This document shows, piece after piece, positions 42,715 to 52,887 of a stretch of DNA of 64,000 nt (its first letter is position 1; the number at the start of each line of letters is the position of its first letter). The DNA lies in contig CP060761.1 of NCBI GenBank assembly GCA_023205875.1, positions 372,001 through 436,000 on the forward strand, in the 5' to 3' direction. The stretch comes from Chloropicon primus. Lineage: Eukaryota. The notes beneath the pieces were generated by a model, which was not told the DNA's origin, searched no databases, and was given only the letters and a program-made list of their open reading frames with translations. Made by a program: the position numbers and the translations under genes.

Positions 42715-42990
42715 TGACGAATTCAAACGAAACGAAACAAGATATATTTCGAATGAAGTTAACAAACCAATGTTTCGGAAGATTTTCGAAGAAATGTACC
42801 ACAATGTTGATCGAGTGACGTTATCGTGATGGCTTAAGTAACGTCTGTTAGCTGTGACGAATTCAAACGAAACGAAACAAACTATATTTCGAATGAAGTT
42901 AACAAACCAATGTTTCGGAAGATTTTCGAAGAAATGTACCACAATGTTGATCGAGTGACGTTATCGTGATGGCTTAAGTAACGTCTGTTA
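42715..42990. repeat. AT-rich 136-bp tandem duplication (140-bp period) between divergent genes
   Basis: TGACGAATTCAAACG...AAGTAACGTCTGTTA at 42715 and 42855, differing only at GA/AC after AAACAA. Confidence 0.97.
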
Positions 42991-43165
42991 TGGATGAGCC
43001 GTTGATTCAAAGGCTTTCCCTGACAGACGAAGGGGAAAGAAGAAAAAAAGCGAAAGAGGGGAGAGGAAGGAGAAGAGAGCGATCGATCGGCGCACGAGGA
43101 CGAGCGGAGAAGGTGAGAGAGGGTAAGAACGAGAGAGAGGAGAGGAGAGGAGAGGATAGGATAGG

Positions 43166-45127
43166 ATGGAAGCGCAACGCATGCCGCTGAGCCCTTTGAG
43201 GGCAAACGAAGTGAACAACAAAACCAACAAAACCAACAAAGGTTTGCATGATGGGAAGAGTCCTGGGCATGGGAAGTTGGCCAAGAGGGTGAAGACTCCG
43301 AAGCATGCGAAGAAGAATGTTGTGAACTTTGGTTTGTTCTCGCCGGACGTCGCCAAGGGGGAGAAGGGTGGGAGTTACTTCAAGCTAACGCTGGCGCAGA
43401 CGCCAGGAAGTGCGAAGAAGAAGAAGGAGGAGCACCTGAGGAACATGAGGGCTCAGGCCATGAACAAGGCGGCCAGAGCCGAGGCGTACGGTGACTTCAA
43501 GGGAGCGTGCGATGCTTTGATGGAGGAGGGGAGCAAGCCGGAGAACGTGGAAGCGTTGCGGTCTTTGAAGAAGAGGCTGTCTGTGCAAGCTTCGTTGAGG
43601 AAGGACAGCAAGGGTCGCGAGGCGGAGGAGGTTTGCACCAAGCTAGACGAGGTGCTTCAGACTTTCGAGGGGGAGAAGGCCCAGGAGGAGAAGGCGACGA
43701 AGAATTTGATGGACGCGTTCGAGAAGGAACCGGCGGGAAGCCCCGCAACCCTCGGAAGCACCAAACAGTTTGCGGCGGTGAAAGCTAGCAAGCAGCAGCA
43801 GGAGGAGCTCGGCAGCAGCTTGGTGGCGACTCCGGTGAGGAGGTCCTGCAGGAAGGACAAGCCAAAGGAATCCGAGGAGGACGCTTTGCAGTCTTCTGGC
43901 TTCGCTTTCACCCCTAACAAGTTCATGCTCGAGGAGGGGGACCAGCCGCAGGAGTCGAACGGGGACAACTCTCCAACGTTCGAGTTCGATCCAAGCTTCC
44001 AGTTCGACAACTCCGCCGGGGAGAAGGGCGGGACCAATCACTCCACGCCGACCTTCAACTTGGGATCGTCCGATGCCTGGGACGTATTGGAGGACGAGGA
44101 GGACGAGGAAACCGTGCAGGTCAACCCGGAACAGGCTCTGTACTTGAACACGCCGAACTTCCCAAAGTTGGTCCGCCAGAAGCCTGACATCACTCCAAGG
44201 ACGGCGATCGCCAAGGTTTTGGCCACGTTGCTGAACAACTCCGTGAAGGAGGGGGCAACCGTCAAAGCGGCTGCGCAGAAGATGCCCGCCAAGACGCCAG
44301 CCTGGAAGAGTCCTGGCCGGACCAAGAAGCGCCTCCAAGGAGCCTGGAACCAGGCCGCCGAGAAGCAGGAGACCAAGAGCATTGCCAAGAGCCTCCTCTT
44401 CGCTCAGAAGATTGACGAGGAGGATGGATCCATCGATCACAGCGTTGAGTTGACGACTGTTGCGTCCCAGGTGATTTCCTTGGAAGCGGAGGAGGCGCTG
44501 CCTGCACAGGATGCCGAGGACATCGCCAGCTTCCACAGCGGTCTCACGCCAAGCGCTGCACCAAAGCCGGAGCTCGTGATGAAGTCGCCAGTCAAGGAAA
44601 TGATTCAGAAATTCGAAGACGTCATCGAGGAGAACAACTTGGCTGAGGAGTCCGTCACCGTTCCCGAGGAGACGACCGTCGAGGCCGTCAAGGAGAAGCC
44701 AAGGAGGAAGTCCATCTTGAAGAAGAAAGCCGACACCACAAAGGTGGAGGAGGAGGCTCCAAAGATGGAGAAGAAGGGTTCTGGCAGGAGAAAGTCCGTC
44801 AGATTCAGCACAGGAACGAAGCAGACGATCGAGGAGCCTGCCGAGGCCCCGAAGAGAGCGACCAGGGGAAGCAAGAAGGCAGTCGAAGCCTCTGCAGCTG
44901 CTCCTGTTGTAACAAGAAAGTCGAGAAGGCTTGCAGCGACTTCTGAGACGAAGAGCGCCGAGAAGGAAGTCCAGGCCGAAGAGTCGAGCAGCTCCGGTGG
45001 ATACACCAAGGAGACGATCATGGCCTGGAGAGTCGTTGACCTCAGGGCCGCGCTTAAGAAGGCCGGCTTGAGCACGACAGGTTTGAAGAAAGTTCTCCAG
45101 GAGCGGGCGCTGGAGAACTTGTTGTAA
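43166..45127 (+). CDS. Largely disordered protein with C-terminal SAP domain, N-terminal D-box and many S/T-P sites
   Basis: C-terminal WRVVDLRAALKKAGLSTTGLKKVLQERAL (SAP); RMPLSPLRAN; TPVRRS. Confidence 0.8.
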   Translation: MEAQRMPLSPLRANEVNNKTNKTNKGLHDGKSPGHGKLAKRVKTPKHAKKNVVNFGLFSPDVAKGEKGGSYFKLTLAQTPGSAKKKKEEHLRNMRAQAMNKAARAEAYGDFKGACDALMEEGSKPENVEALRSLKKRLSVQASLRKDSKGREAEEVCTKLDEVLQTFEGEKAQEEKATKNLMDAFEKEPAGSPATLGSTKQFAAVKASKQQQEELGSSLVATPVRRSCRKDKPKESEEDALQSSGFAFTPNKFMLEEGDQPQESNGDNSPTFEFDPSFQFDNSAGEKGGTNHSTPTFNLGSSDAWDVLEDEEDEETVQVNPEQALYLNTPNFPKLVRQKPDITPRTAIAKVLATLLNNSVKEGATVKAAAQKMPAKTPAWKSPGRTKKRLQGAWNQAAEKQETKSIAKSLLFAQKIDEEDGSIDHSVELTTVASQVISLEAEEALPAQDAEDIASFHSGLTPSAAPKPELVMKSPVKEMIQKFEDVIEENNLAEESVTVPEETTVEAVKEKPRRKSILKKKADTTKVEEEAPKMEKKGSGRRKSVRFSTGTKQTIEEPAEAPKRATRGSKKAVEASAAAPVVTRKSRRLAATSETKSAEKEVQAEESSSSGGYTKETIMAWRVVDLRAALKKAGLSTTGLKKVLQERALENLL

Positions 45128-45208
45128 CTCTTTAGTTTTAGATTAGATATATCAGCCTTAAGTAAGTCGTGCTTCTTCAGAAGATCAGATCACAAAAAGG
45201 GTGTGCTC

Positions 45209-46696
45209 TCACATGCCAAAGTTCACGTGCGGCAGGTGGGCCTTGACGTTCTCCACGACCACCAAAAGTTTGTCTCTGAATTTTTCGCTGGTGATTCTTT
45301 CCAGCAGCTGGTGCAAGACCGCGACAGCCATTTTGGCTTCGTACGCCTGCTTTAGAGACTCGTTGTCGTTGTCGGCGGCTCCCTTGCCCTTCAGCACTCT
45401 CACCCTCGTCTCCGCCACCATGATGAGGAGGGAAGCAAAGTTCTCATAATTCATCGAGGCATTCGCAGCAACGTTCCTTTGCACGAGCTCCTCAAACTCC
45501 TTCTCGTCTTTGCACATTGCCCTGCAGTCACAGATCGCTTGCTCTGCCTCGTGCCTCTCCCGCTGCAGAAGCTCGAGCGAGTAATTGATGTTGCACACGT
45601 TGAACCAGTTGTGGTTGATGGAGAGCGTGTCCTCCAAGTTTTCGACCGTGTGGTGCCAGCCGCTGGGCACGAAGATGACCTCGTCCACCCCCTGGTGCAC
45701 CTCGACCAGGTGCTTTCTCGCGAGCTTGATGTTAGGGAACATCTCCTCGTCCACGTCAAAGAACGAAGGGGCCAAGTTGTGCCCGAACGTATCGTAGAGC
45801 AAGTGAGTGAAGCGCGGAGGAAGCAAGTACCATTTCTTCCGCCCGCTGATGTTGATAGACCAGCTATAGGATCGAAGGACGTCCGCGTGCAGGCCAGTCT
45901 TCGTTCCTTTTGGCCCCATGTAAAGGAACCTGTAGTCTGACTGCTCTATCGCCTGCTGCGCCGTCCTCTCCTCCGCCCCCGCCGGCCCTGCGGTGGCCTG
46001 CAGGTAATCATAGTACTCGTTCAGCCAGTCGTCCTTGAAGTACTCTGGCGTGACGTACGCCCCGTAGTCCGCGAACTCCGTGGGAAAGTGCCAATCCTTC
46101 AGGTAGAGGGACACGTCCCGCCTCTTGTTCTCGTCCTGCCAATAGTTCACAAGATACTCTCGAAAAGTCCAACGCTCCCTCTCCCCCACACTCTTTTCGG
46201 CCGTGCTGCTGCAGTACGTCACCCACACGAGAGCATCCCCGAACCTCTCCTCGAGAACATCGATGAGCAGCCCACCGCCATCGCTGCTCACCCACTCCCG
46301 CAGTGCCCTCCAGTCCTTCCCTGCCCTCCTGATCACGACAGGCTCGTTCTTGTACATGTACCGCAGCCAAAACTCTTCGTACGACAAGTCCTCCGCGTCA
46401 CGAAAGTCGACCTCGCTCGTGGATTCCTCCTCCCGGGGCCGCAATGCCTCACCCTCGTCCACCGTTACGAACTCCCGTAACGTTTCAAGCCGTCCGTCTA
46501 CCATGGGTTTGGCCATCTTTGCTGGCTCAGCCGTTCCCTCTGTCCAAGTGTCGTACACCGTTTTGCATATCTCGAGCTTCCTGGCGAGCTTCTGCTGGTG
46601 GTGGATCGATTCATCTGTCGGTCGCAGTCCGTGCCCTTCCTGGGACAGGAGGGACCGAAGCCGCTCAGGGAACACGGCACTCCACTCCTTCGCCAT
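45209..46696 (-). CDS. JMJD4: JmjC 2-oxoglutarate/Fe hydroxylase, JMJD4-like
   Basis: LYLKDWHF, YFKDDWLN, DYRFLYMGPKGTKTGLHADV, SWSINISGRKKW, FVPSGWHHTVENLEDTLSINHNW. Confidence 0.88.
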   Translation of the reverse strand: MAKEWSAVFPERLRSLLSQEGHGLRPTDESIHHQQKLARKLEICKTVYDTWTEGTAEPAKMAKPMVDGRLETLREFVTVDEGEALRPREEESTSEVDFRDAEDLSYEEFWLRYMYKNEPVVIRRAGKDWRALREWVSSDGGGLLIDVLEERFGDALVWVTYCSSTAEKSVGERERWTFREYLVNYWQDENKRRDVSLYLKDWHFPTEFADYGAYVTPEYFKDDWLNEYYDYLQATAGPAGAEERTAQQAIEQSDYRFLYMGPKGTKTGLHADVLRSYSWSINISGRKKWYLLPPRFTHLLYDTFGHNLAPSFFDVDEEMFPNIKLARKHLVEVHQGVDEVIFVPSGWHHTVENLEDTLSINHNWFNVCNINYSLELLQRERHEAEQAICDCRAMCKDEKEFEELVQRNVAANASMNYENFASLLIMVAETRVRVLKGKGAADNDNESLKQAYEAKMAVAVLHQLLERITSEKFRDKLLVVVENVKAHLPHVNFGM

Positions 46697-46977
46697 CCTC
46701 TGGCTTCGTCTCTGCTCTGGCTCTGAAGGAGAGAGAATGAGAATTGAGAGATCATCTGGTGATGGTGGGTGAAGGGGATGGCGAAGGGGAGTGATGGGGA
46801 ATGATCACAGGCAGGAGTCTTCATTATCATTGTATCCTCTCTGTCTTCTCTGACCGCTTCTCAGTCAAAAATTGGAGATGCGATGATCCAGGACAGAGGG
46901 TGCGTCCTGGTGCGTGCGTGTCGCGAGGTGGTGGCTTCATAAAAAATGACTTCTTATTGATAAGTTTTTTTTTACTC

Positions 46978-49900
46978 TTATTCATCTACAACAACTTCCT
47001 GACCCTGGAAACCGTCCATGGGTGGGAGTCTCTCCCTGCTGACTGGGCGTGGGTTGATCTGAGTGCCGGACATGAGCTGCTTGATGAGCTCCTCCTTGTT
47101 GATGAGCTCGTTCCTCAGCTGCCCGATCATGTCCCTCTGCATCTGGATCTCCCTGTTCAGGTCCCCGGTGCCGAGATCCGCGCCGCTCATCATGGTGTCC
47201 GCCTTGGGCAGCGTCCTCATGAGCTTGCTCTGCTCCTTCTGGACCAAAGCGCCACCTTGGCCCTTGGCCTTGTTGCCCTTAATCTCCCTGCGCAGCTCGT
47301 TGATCTCCTTGATCAGGGACACGTTCTCCTGCATGATGCGCATGATGTCCGAACGGTGAATCTCCGTGTTCTTCTGCAGCTTGTTCTTCAGGCTCTCCAC
47401 CGTCTTCTCCAGATACTCCCTCTGCCTGTTGTACTCATTCTGGATGTCCTCGTCCAGCTGGACGGGCTCAATCTGCTCGGTCACGTGCATCTCATACAAG
47501 TGCTTCACAGAGTCCTTCAGAGCCTTAGGGTCCTGAATATATTGTACAGTGTCGTGAAGGTCGTGGTGGAACCGCCTGATCATAGCCTCGGCATCTGCGT
47601 TCAGCTTCCTCTGCGTCAGAACCTCCTGCTGCAAGCCAGTCTTTTTCAGCTTGAGCTCGGAAATCGTCAGGTTCAGGTTGGCGTTGTTCTTGTGGTACCT
47701 CTCCAGCTCCTGGTCCATCTGCTGGATCTGGTCCTTCATCTCCGCGATCTCGAGCTCGCGAGGCTCGATCTGCTTCTTGAGCTCCTTGATCTTGTAGTCG
47801 AGGACGAACTTGAACTTCTCCAGCTCCTGGTTCTTCTTCTTCAGGTCGTAGATCCTCTTCTCCTTGTCGCCGATGGTCTCGTCCCTCTCCCTGATCTCCT
47901 TCTTGAGGCCAACAATGTCCTTCTCAAGACTCGAAATCGTCTGGTAGAGCTCCTTCTTCTGCTCGTACAACTGCTTGATCTCCTCCCTCTGGTCCTCGAT
48001 GTCCTTCTGCAAGACGGTGAAAGTCTCCTTGATGTTGCCGTTCTCTCCCTGGAGCCTGAGGCCAATCTCCCTTTCGGCGGCGAGCCTTCTCTCGTACTTC
48101 TCCTTGAGGTCCTCGATCTCCCTGTCAGCATCTTCTTCAAGCTGCCGCTTGGTCTCATCGAATTCTCTGATGATGTCGTTCTTGTCCTGGGTCAGCCTCT
48201 CGAGATTGTTCAGCTCCTCCTGGAGCTTCGCTTCGTACTCCTCCGTGAGCTCCTGGATCACTCGCTCGTGACTCTCGATCAGCAAAGCATTCTGCTCGTT
48301 GAGCCTGGCGCTCATGAGGTCCTTGTCCTGCTGCAAGATCTGGTAGCGCTCCATCTCGCTCATGATCTTCTGCTGGTACTGGCCCTCGAGCTGGGAGATG
48401 GTGGCCTGGTGCCTCTCCTCCGCCTGCTTGAGCTTCTCCTCGTATTCCATCTCTTGCTCATTCTTCTCCTGAAGGAGGAGCTCGAACTTTGTTTTGTCAC
48501 TCTCCAACTCGTGAGTGTACTTCTCCGTGATCTCCTTGATCCTTTCCTTGAGATTAAGCTCCTTCAACCTCAGCTGGTACTCGATCTGCATGGTCAGCTC
48601 GTTGACCTGCGTCTCAAGCTCGCCCATTCTCTGCTTCTTGTCCTCGAGGTCGCTCTTGGTGACCAAAACCTCCTCCGAGAAAATGATGCTGTCCTTCTCC
48701 CTCTTGTTGAAGTTCGAGGTGGCTCTGCCGTCCTTGTCTCTCACATCAAACACAAAGAGGCAGGAGTCCTCAGAGACGCAGAACAGCAAGTTGTCGTCGT
48801 GCGAGATCTTCAGGCCCGTAATGGCGCCAGAGACGCACTGGTACTCTTGGAAGTCTCCATTCAGGGGGTACGTGTAGCTTCTGATCGTACCGATGCTCGT
48901 CGCAGCGAACAGGGCATGGGTCGAGGACAGCAAGGCAACCTTGGTCAGGCTCACGTCGGTCTCTATGTCCTTGGTCACCTGGCAATCGTCCAGCTGCTTC
49001 AGCTTGTCATCACTCCCCACAGCGATGACAGAGTGGACATCAGAGGTTGCGGTGATACTGCTGTAGCTGCAGCTCTTGAGCACGTTCTCCTTCTGCCTCT
49101 TGAAGTCCACGATCGTCCACTCGTAAATCGCACCATCCATGCCGGCAGAGATGAGCTTCGTGTCGTCTGCGCTCCAGTGCAGGCTTCCCACCTTGCCGTT
49201 GTGTCCCCGGAGGTTTCCAATGTTCTCGCAAGTGTACGTGTTGAAAATCTGGATCGTGTTTCCGTTCACGGCGGCAAAGAGGTTACCACCGTTGGAGAAC
49301 GAACACTCCTTGCAAGCCTTGATCCCGAACTCCTTGTAGGTTCTGATGTCGTCAATCAGGAGGTTCATCAGCCGAAGCTTGTCGGCGAAACCGACCAGGA
49401 TGTGAAGGCCACTCGGGTGGAAGGCCACGCTGAAACCCTCCTCCGGGAAGAACTTGATCAGCTCGGAGGTCTTGTCCATGTAGTTCCAAATTCTCACGGT
49501 GCAATCGGACGAGCAGGTCGCCACCAGCGGCTTCCTAATGCAAGTGTCCACGCAGTTGACCCCCTTGAGGTGGAAGGACTGAGCCAGGATCTCGAACTGC
49601 ATCTCTTCCGACCTCAGGATGTCCAAGTTCGCCAGTCCCAGGGCAAAGATCTGGTTGTTCTCCGTACTGCAAGCCACGGTCTCCTCGTTCGGAGTGATGG
49701 CAAGGTTCAGGATCTTCGAGTTGTTGTTCTCTATCCTGAAGACTTTGCTTTGCTTGAAGATATCTTTCGCGTCCTCCGACTTGTCGTAAAATATCAGGGT
49801 ACCTCCGCTGCCTCCGCAGATGAAACCTTTCGAGTAGGGCAAGATGCATTCCACCCTCACTTGAGTCGAGGACTCGGTCTCCTCACTCTGGAGCCCGACA

Positions 49901-50619
49901 TCAGACGCTTCCAGGAGCATCCTGACCTCTCCGTTCTCGCAGATGATGAGCTCGCCGCTGTCCGTGGCGACGACGACCCGGTCTTTCTGGGACTCGTCCG
50001 AGAGCCAGGCGAAGGAGAGGTAGTTCTGAGCCTCTCTCTTGGCCAGGGCGGAAGGCAGCTGCTTGATCCCGCTGTCACTGATCCTAAACGTTTTGAAGAT
50101 CCCGTCACCGCACACACTGATCAGCGTTGGGTCCAGCGGGCAGAAGGAGGCCTGGTAAAGCGGCGCACCTTGCTGGGAAGACGAACGAATTGAGGAACCA
50201 ATTTTGGTCTTCTCCCAGAGCCAAATCACGAGAGTCCAGTCTGGCGCTCCTCCCTGGGCCGCGATGTACTTCCCATCGGGGCAGAAGTTAATGCTCACGT
50301 ACTCCTTGGAAGCCACCTCGCTTGTGGCCAAGACCTTTCGGCGCTTCAGGGTCTGCAAATCGTAGACCGTGATGACGGCCTTGTCCGCCCTCTCCGCGAC
50401 GGCGACGTACTTCTTGTTCGCCGACACGGCAAGCGCCGTGATGCCGTCGGTGTCTGCCGTGCCCGAAATGAACCTCTGGTTCTTTTGCTCGGTCTGGTAC
50501 ACAATAACATTTCTTCCCGCGGGGTAGACCAAAGTATTGTCGTCCGTGTACTGCAAGTTGTTCTTGCTGTCTCCCTTGAGACCAAAAACAATGCGAGGTA
50601 TAAGCGTCGTCAAAGACAT
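46978..50619 (-). CDS. CFAP57: Cilia/flagella-associated protein 57 (WD40 + long coiled coil)
   Basis: Double beta-propeller (CIRKPLVATCSSD, AFHPSGLHILVGFADKLRLMNLL), then IGDKEKRIYDLKKKNQELEKFKFVLDYKIKELKKQIEPRE. Confidence 0.93.
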   Translation of the reverse strand: MSLTTLIPRIVFGLKGDSKNNLQYTDDNTLVYPAGRNVIVYQTEQKNQRFISGTADTDGITALAVSANKKYVAVAERADKAVITVYDLQTLKRRKVLATSEVASKEYVSINFCPDGKYIAAQGGAPDWTLVIWLWEKTKIGSSIRSSSQQGAPLYQASFCPLDPTLISVCGDGIFKTFRISDSGIKQLPSALAKREAQNYLSFAWLSDESQKDRVVVATDSGELIICENGEVRMLLEASDVGLQSEETESSTQVRVECILPYSKGFICGGSGGTLIFYDKSEDAKDIFKQSKVFRIENNNSKILNLAITPNEETVACSTENNQIFALGLANLDILRSEEMQFEILAQSFHLKGVNCVDTCIRKPLVATCSSDCTVRIWNYMDKTSELIKFFPEEGFSVAFHPSGLHILVGFADKLRLMNLLIDDIRTYKEFGIKACKECSFSNGGNLFAAVNGNTIQIFNTYTCENIGNLRGHNGKVGSLHWSADDTKLISAGMDGAIYEWTIVDFKRQKENVLKSCSYSSITATSDVHSVIAVGSDDKLKQLDDCQVTKDIETDVSLTKVALLSSTHALFAATSIGTIRSYTYPLNGDFQEYQCVSGAITGLKISHDDNLLFCVSEDSCLFVFDVRDKDGRATSNFNKREKDSIIFSEEVLVTKSDLEDKKQRMGELETQVNELTMQIEYQLRLKELNLKERIKEITEKYTHELESDKTKFELLLQEKNEQEMEYEEKLKQAEERHQATISQLEGQYQQKIMSEMERYQILQQDKDLMSARLNEQNALLIESHERVIQELTEEYEAKLQEELNNLERLTQDKNDIIREFDETKRQLEEDADREIEDLKEKYERRLAAEREIGLRLQGENGNIKETFTVLQKDIEDQREEIKQLYEQKKELYQTISSLEKDIVGLKKEIRERDETIGDKEKRIYDLKKKNQELEKFKFVLDYKIKELKKQIEPRELEIAEMKDQIQQMDQELERYHKNNANLNLTISELKLKKTGLQQEVLTQRKLNADAEAMIRRFHHDLHDTVQYIQDPKALKDSVKHLYEMHVTEQIEPVQLDEDIQNEYNRQREYLEKTVESLKNKLQKNTEIHRSDIMRIMQENVSLIKEINELRREIKGNKAKGQGGALVQKEQSKLMRTLPKADTMMSGADLGTGDLNREIQMQRDMIGQLRNELINKEELIKQLMSGTQINPRPVSRERLPPMDGFQGQEVVVDE

Positions 50620-50810
50620 CTTGCTTTCCCTCTCCGTCGTCTCACAATCCCCTCCTCTCTCCCAACAATGGTCTCGCCTCTCAACCTAACTCCAAATCAA
50701 TCTCTCCCAAACCTTTCTTAGACAAACAACAAAAAACGAACGATGCAGTCCGGGACGCTAATGCGGTACTCGTGCCAATGGTCTTAGGTTTGGCTTCGTC
50801 TTGTCTGTCC

Positions 50811-50858
50811 CAAGGCAAGGCAAGGCAAGGCAAGGCAAGGCAAGGCAAGGCAAGGCAA
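50811..50858 (+). repeat. (CAAGG)n microsatellite
   Basis: About 9 tandem CAAGG units upstream of CFAP57. Confidence 0.9.
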
Positions 50859-51663
50859 GTGTGCGGGTAAAGGTCCAGTTGTGCTACCTCGTCCCGCTTG
50901 CCATGTCCTCCTACGACTACGCGCTCCTCCCCTTGAGCACACCTCCCTGCTCCTTTGAATTAGAACACACACACGGTACCTCCCAGCTTGGACCCAAGAA
51001 GAAGAGAAAGAGGAGAGAAGAGAGAGACAGAGAGAGAGAGAGAGAGAAGAGAGAGAGAGAAGAGAGGACAGGACTTTGGATGATCCAATGTCCTGCTTGT
51101 CCTGCTCGAACAAGAACAAGAACAAGAAGGAATTGATGCACTTTCCAAAAGGGGAGCAAAGTCAAACCTCCTTTATGGAGGAGAACTGAACTTGGAGTTC
51201 CCTATAGATATAAGAAAATCCAAAGATTGGTATCTTACACTGATTTATGACCACAGCACTGTGGTTGGACCAACATGCGATTTCTACACGATCACTGCAA
51301 TCGTGTTGGATTGCGTACACTGCGTTCTCGCCCTCGTAGGTCAACCACGGCACTAACGGCATGATGATTCTATAATACTAGACAAAGCTTTTCCTTCACT
51401 CTTGGACGACGGGTGTGTTCTGGTTGCCTAGCTTGGTGCCCCTCTTGCCTTTGGTCGACAAGGTAGCCACCTTTCTTTGTCTTCTCACGAAACTGTGGCC
51501 GATAGAGGAAGGTTGGGGTCTCGTCTCCTCCTCTCCACACCCTTGGCCCTCCACGGGTTTGAAGTTTGAAGTCTCAAGCCATTCATTGACTTTGTGGGCA
51601 ATCCCTTAAGGAGGTTGAGCATTCATTGTGTAAGTGTGTGTGTGTTGACTTTTGCTGAGCGAG

Positions 51664-52887
51664 ATGGTGATCAGCTCCACGATCTTGAGCTCCCCTGATG
51701 GCCTCAATTCGACCTTGCACGACCACACCCACAAGGGAACTGGGCAGGCAGGGAACAAGAGTCTGTTGTCCTATCGACACGATATCGGGATCCCTGGCTA
51801 CACTGGGTTCATCTCGAACGCTCACAGTGTTGCGGTTCCAATTAAGGGGAACACGCAATACATTGGCAAGAAGGCCGACAACAACACCTTCGACAAGACC
51901 ATCACAAACTTGGTGCAGTCGGAGACGAAGAGCATTTACAGCAAGGAGTTCGCCAAGCCTCCCACGAGCTCCGGTCGTAGCGAGGTTGGCGGGGGCTACT
52001 GGATAGCGAATGCGAACAACCGCAATGACAAGAACACCAAGAAGTTCATCGCTCAGTCCACGTACAAGGCCGAGATTCAGGAGAGCTCGAAGAATGCCGA
52101 GGCTGCGTTGAGCCAAACCATTATTCCCGGACTTCGCTTCACGAGGAAGTCTGTGGCTCCGGACAAGGACGTGTTCGAGGAAGCGGACAGCGGCTACAAC
52201 TCTCAGCTGGCGTACCAGACGGAGTACTCGAATATGAGGATGAACGACCCGTTGACAGGAAAGACGAGAAGCAGGGTGGCCATGTCTGCCAGCGAGGGGG
52301 AGGTCGCAGGCGGCGCCGCGTCTGCCTCCAAGGACTCGTTCGGCGGCCTCACGGCGACCACGAAGTTCGACTCCTCTTTCAAGGAGTTCCAGCTCGGCAC
52401 GACCAAGGGAACATCGAAGATCCCGGGCTACTCTGGCTTCATCCCGGCGACTGACAACAACACCAAGGCGGTCTCTCAGGCGAGGAGCACGGAGACCAGG
52501 CCGAACGCCAAGAACGAGATGCTCCTCTTCTCCCTTGACCAGTACTCTCGCGACAGCATTCCGCACTACAGGGGCTTCAGGCCACAGGACGGCGGCAACA
52601 TCAAGCCGCACAAGCCTCCGTCGAAGGAGACGACGCAGGGCAGGACCAACTTTGAGGCGGCCCAGGCCGTTGCCAACGGCTGCAACTTCAACGACGGGCC
52701 AAGAGACCATTTCAGGAGCTCGGACAAGGGCATCATGTCCTTCTTCTCTCAGGGGTCCACGTATGTGAGCGAGAACGGCACGGCTTACGCGGAGAGGTAC
52801 TACCACACCCTGAGGCCGAAGGAAGGTCTGCCACGGGTGTATTACCCTTCGAAGACGACCCTTTCTGGCTACAAGTTTGCTCAGTAA
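51664..52887 (+). CDS. Putative ciliary microtubule inner protein with PGY-type repeats (FAM166/FAP-like)
   Basis: Repeated IPGYTGFI, IPGYSGFIP and IPHYRGFRP motifs in a low-structure protein; head-to-head with CFAP57; TGTAA after the stop. Confidence 0.65.
   Translation: MVISSTILSSPDGLNSTLHDHTHKGTGQAGNKSLLSYRHDIGIPGYTGFISNAHSVAVPIKGNTQYIGKKADNNTFDKTITNLVQSETKSIYSKEFAKPPTSSGRSEVGGGYWIANANNRNDKNTKKFIAQSTYKAEIQESSKNAEAALSQTIIPGLRFTRKSVAPDKDVFEEADSGYNSQLAYQTEYSNMRMNDPLTGKTRSRVAMSASEGEVAGGAASASKDSFGGLTATTKFDSSFKEFQLGTTKGTSKIPGYSGFIPATDNNTKAVSQARSTETRPNAKNEMLLFSLDQYSRDSIPHYRGFRPQDGGNIKPHKPPSKETTQGRTNFEAAQAVANGCNFNDGPRDHFRSSDKGIMSFFSQGSTYVSENGTAYAERYYHTLRPKEGLPRVYYPSKTTLSGYKFAQ

Noticed and set aside
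46801..50193. 1130-aa plus-strand ORF
   Set aside because: Antisense shadow of CFAP57. Its Leu/Val-rich text is the reverse complement of Glu/Lys/Gln codons in a GC3-biased gene.
51180..51395. U3 snoRNA or SECIS assignment for the structured region
   Set aside because: Lacks properly placed U3 boxes B/C/D and the SECIS AUGA/GA quartet, and no in-frame UGA selenoprotein lies nearby.
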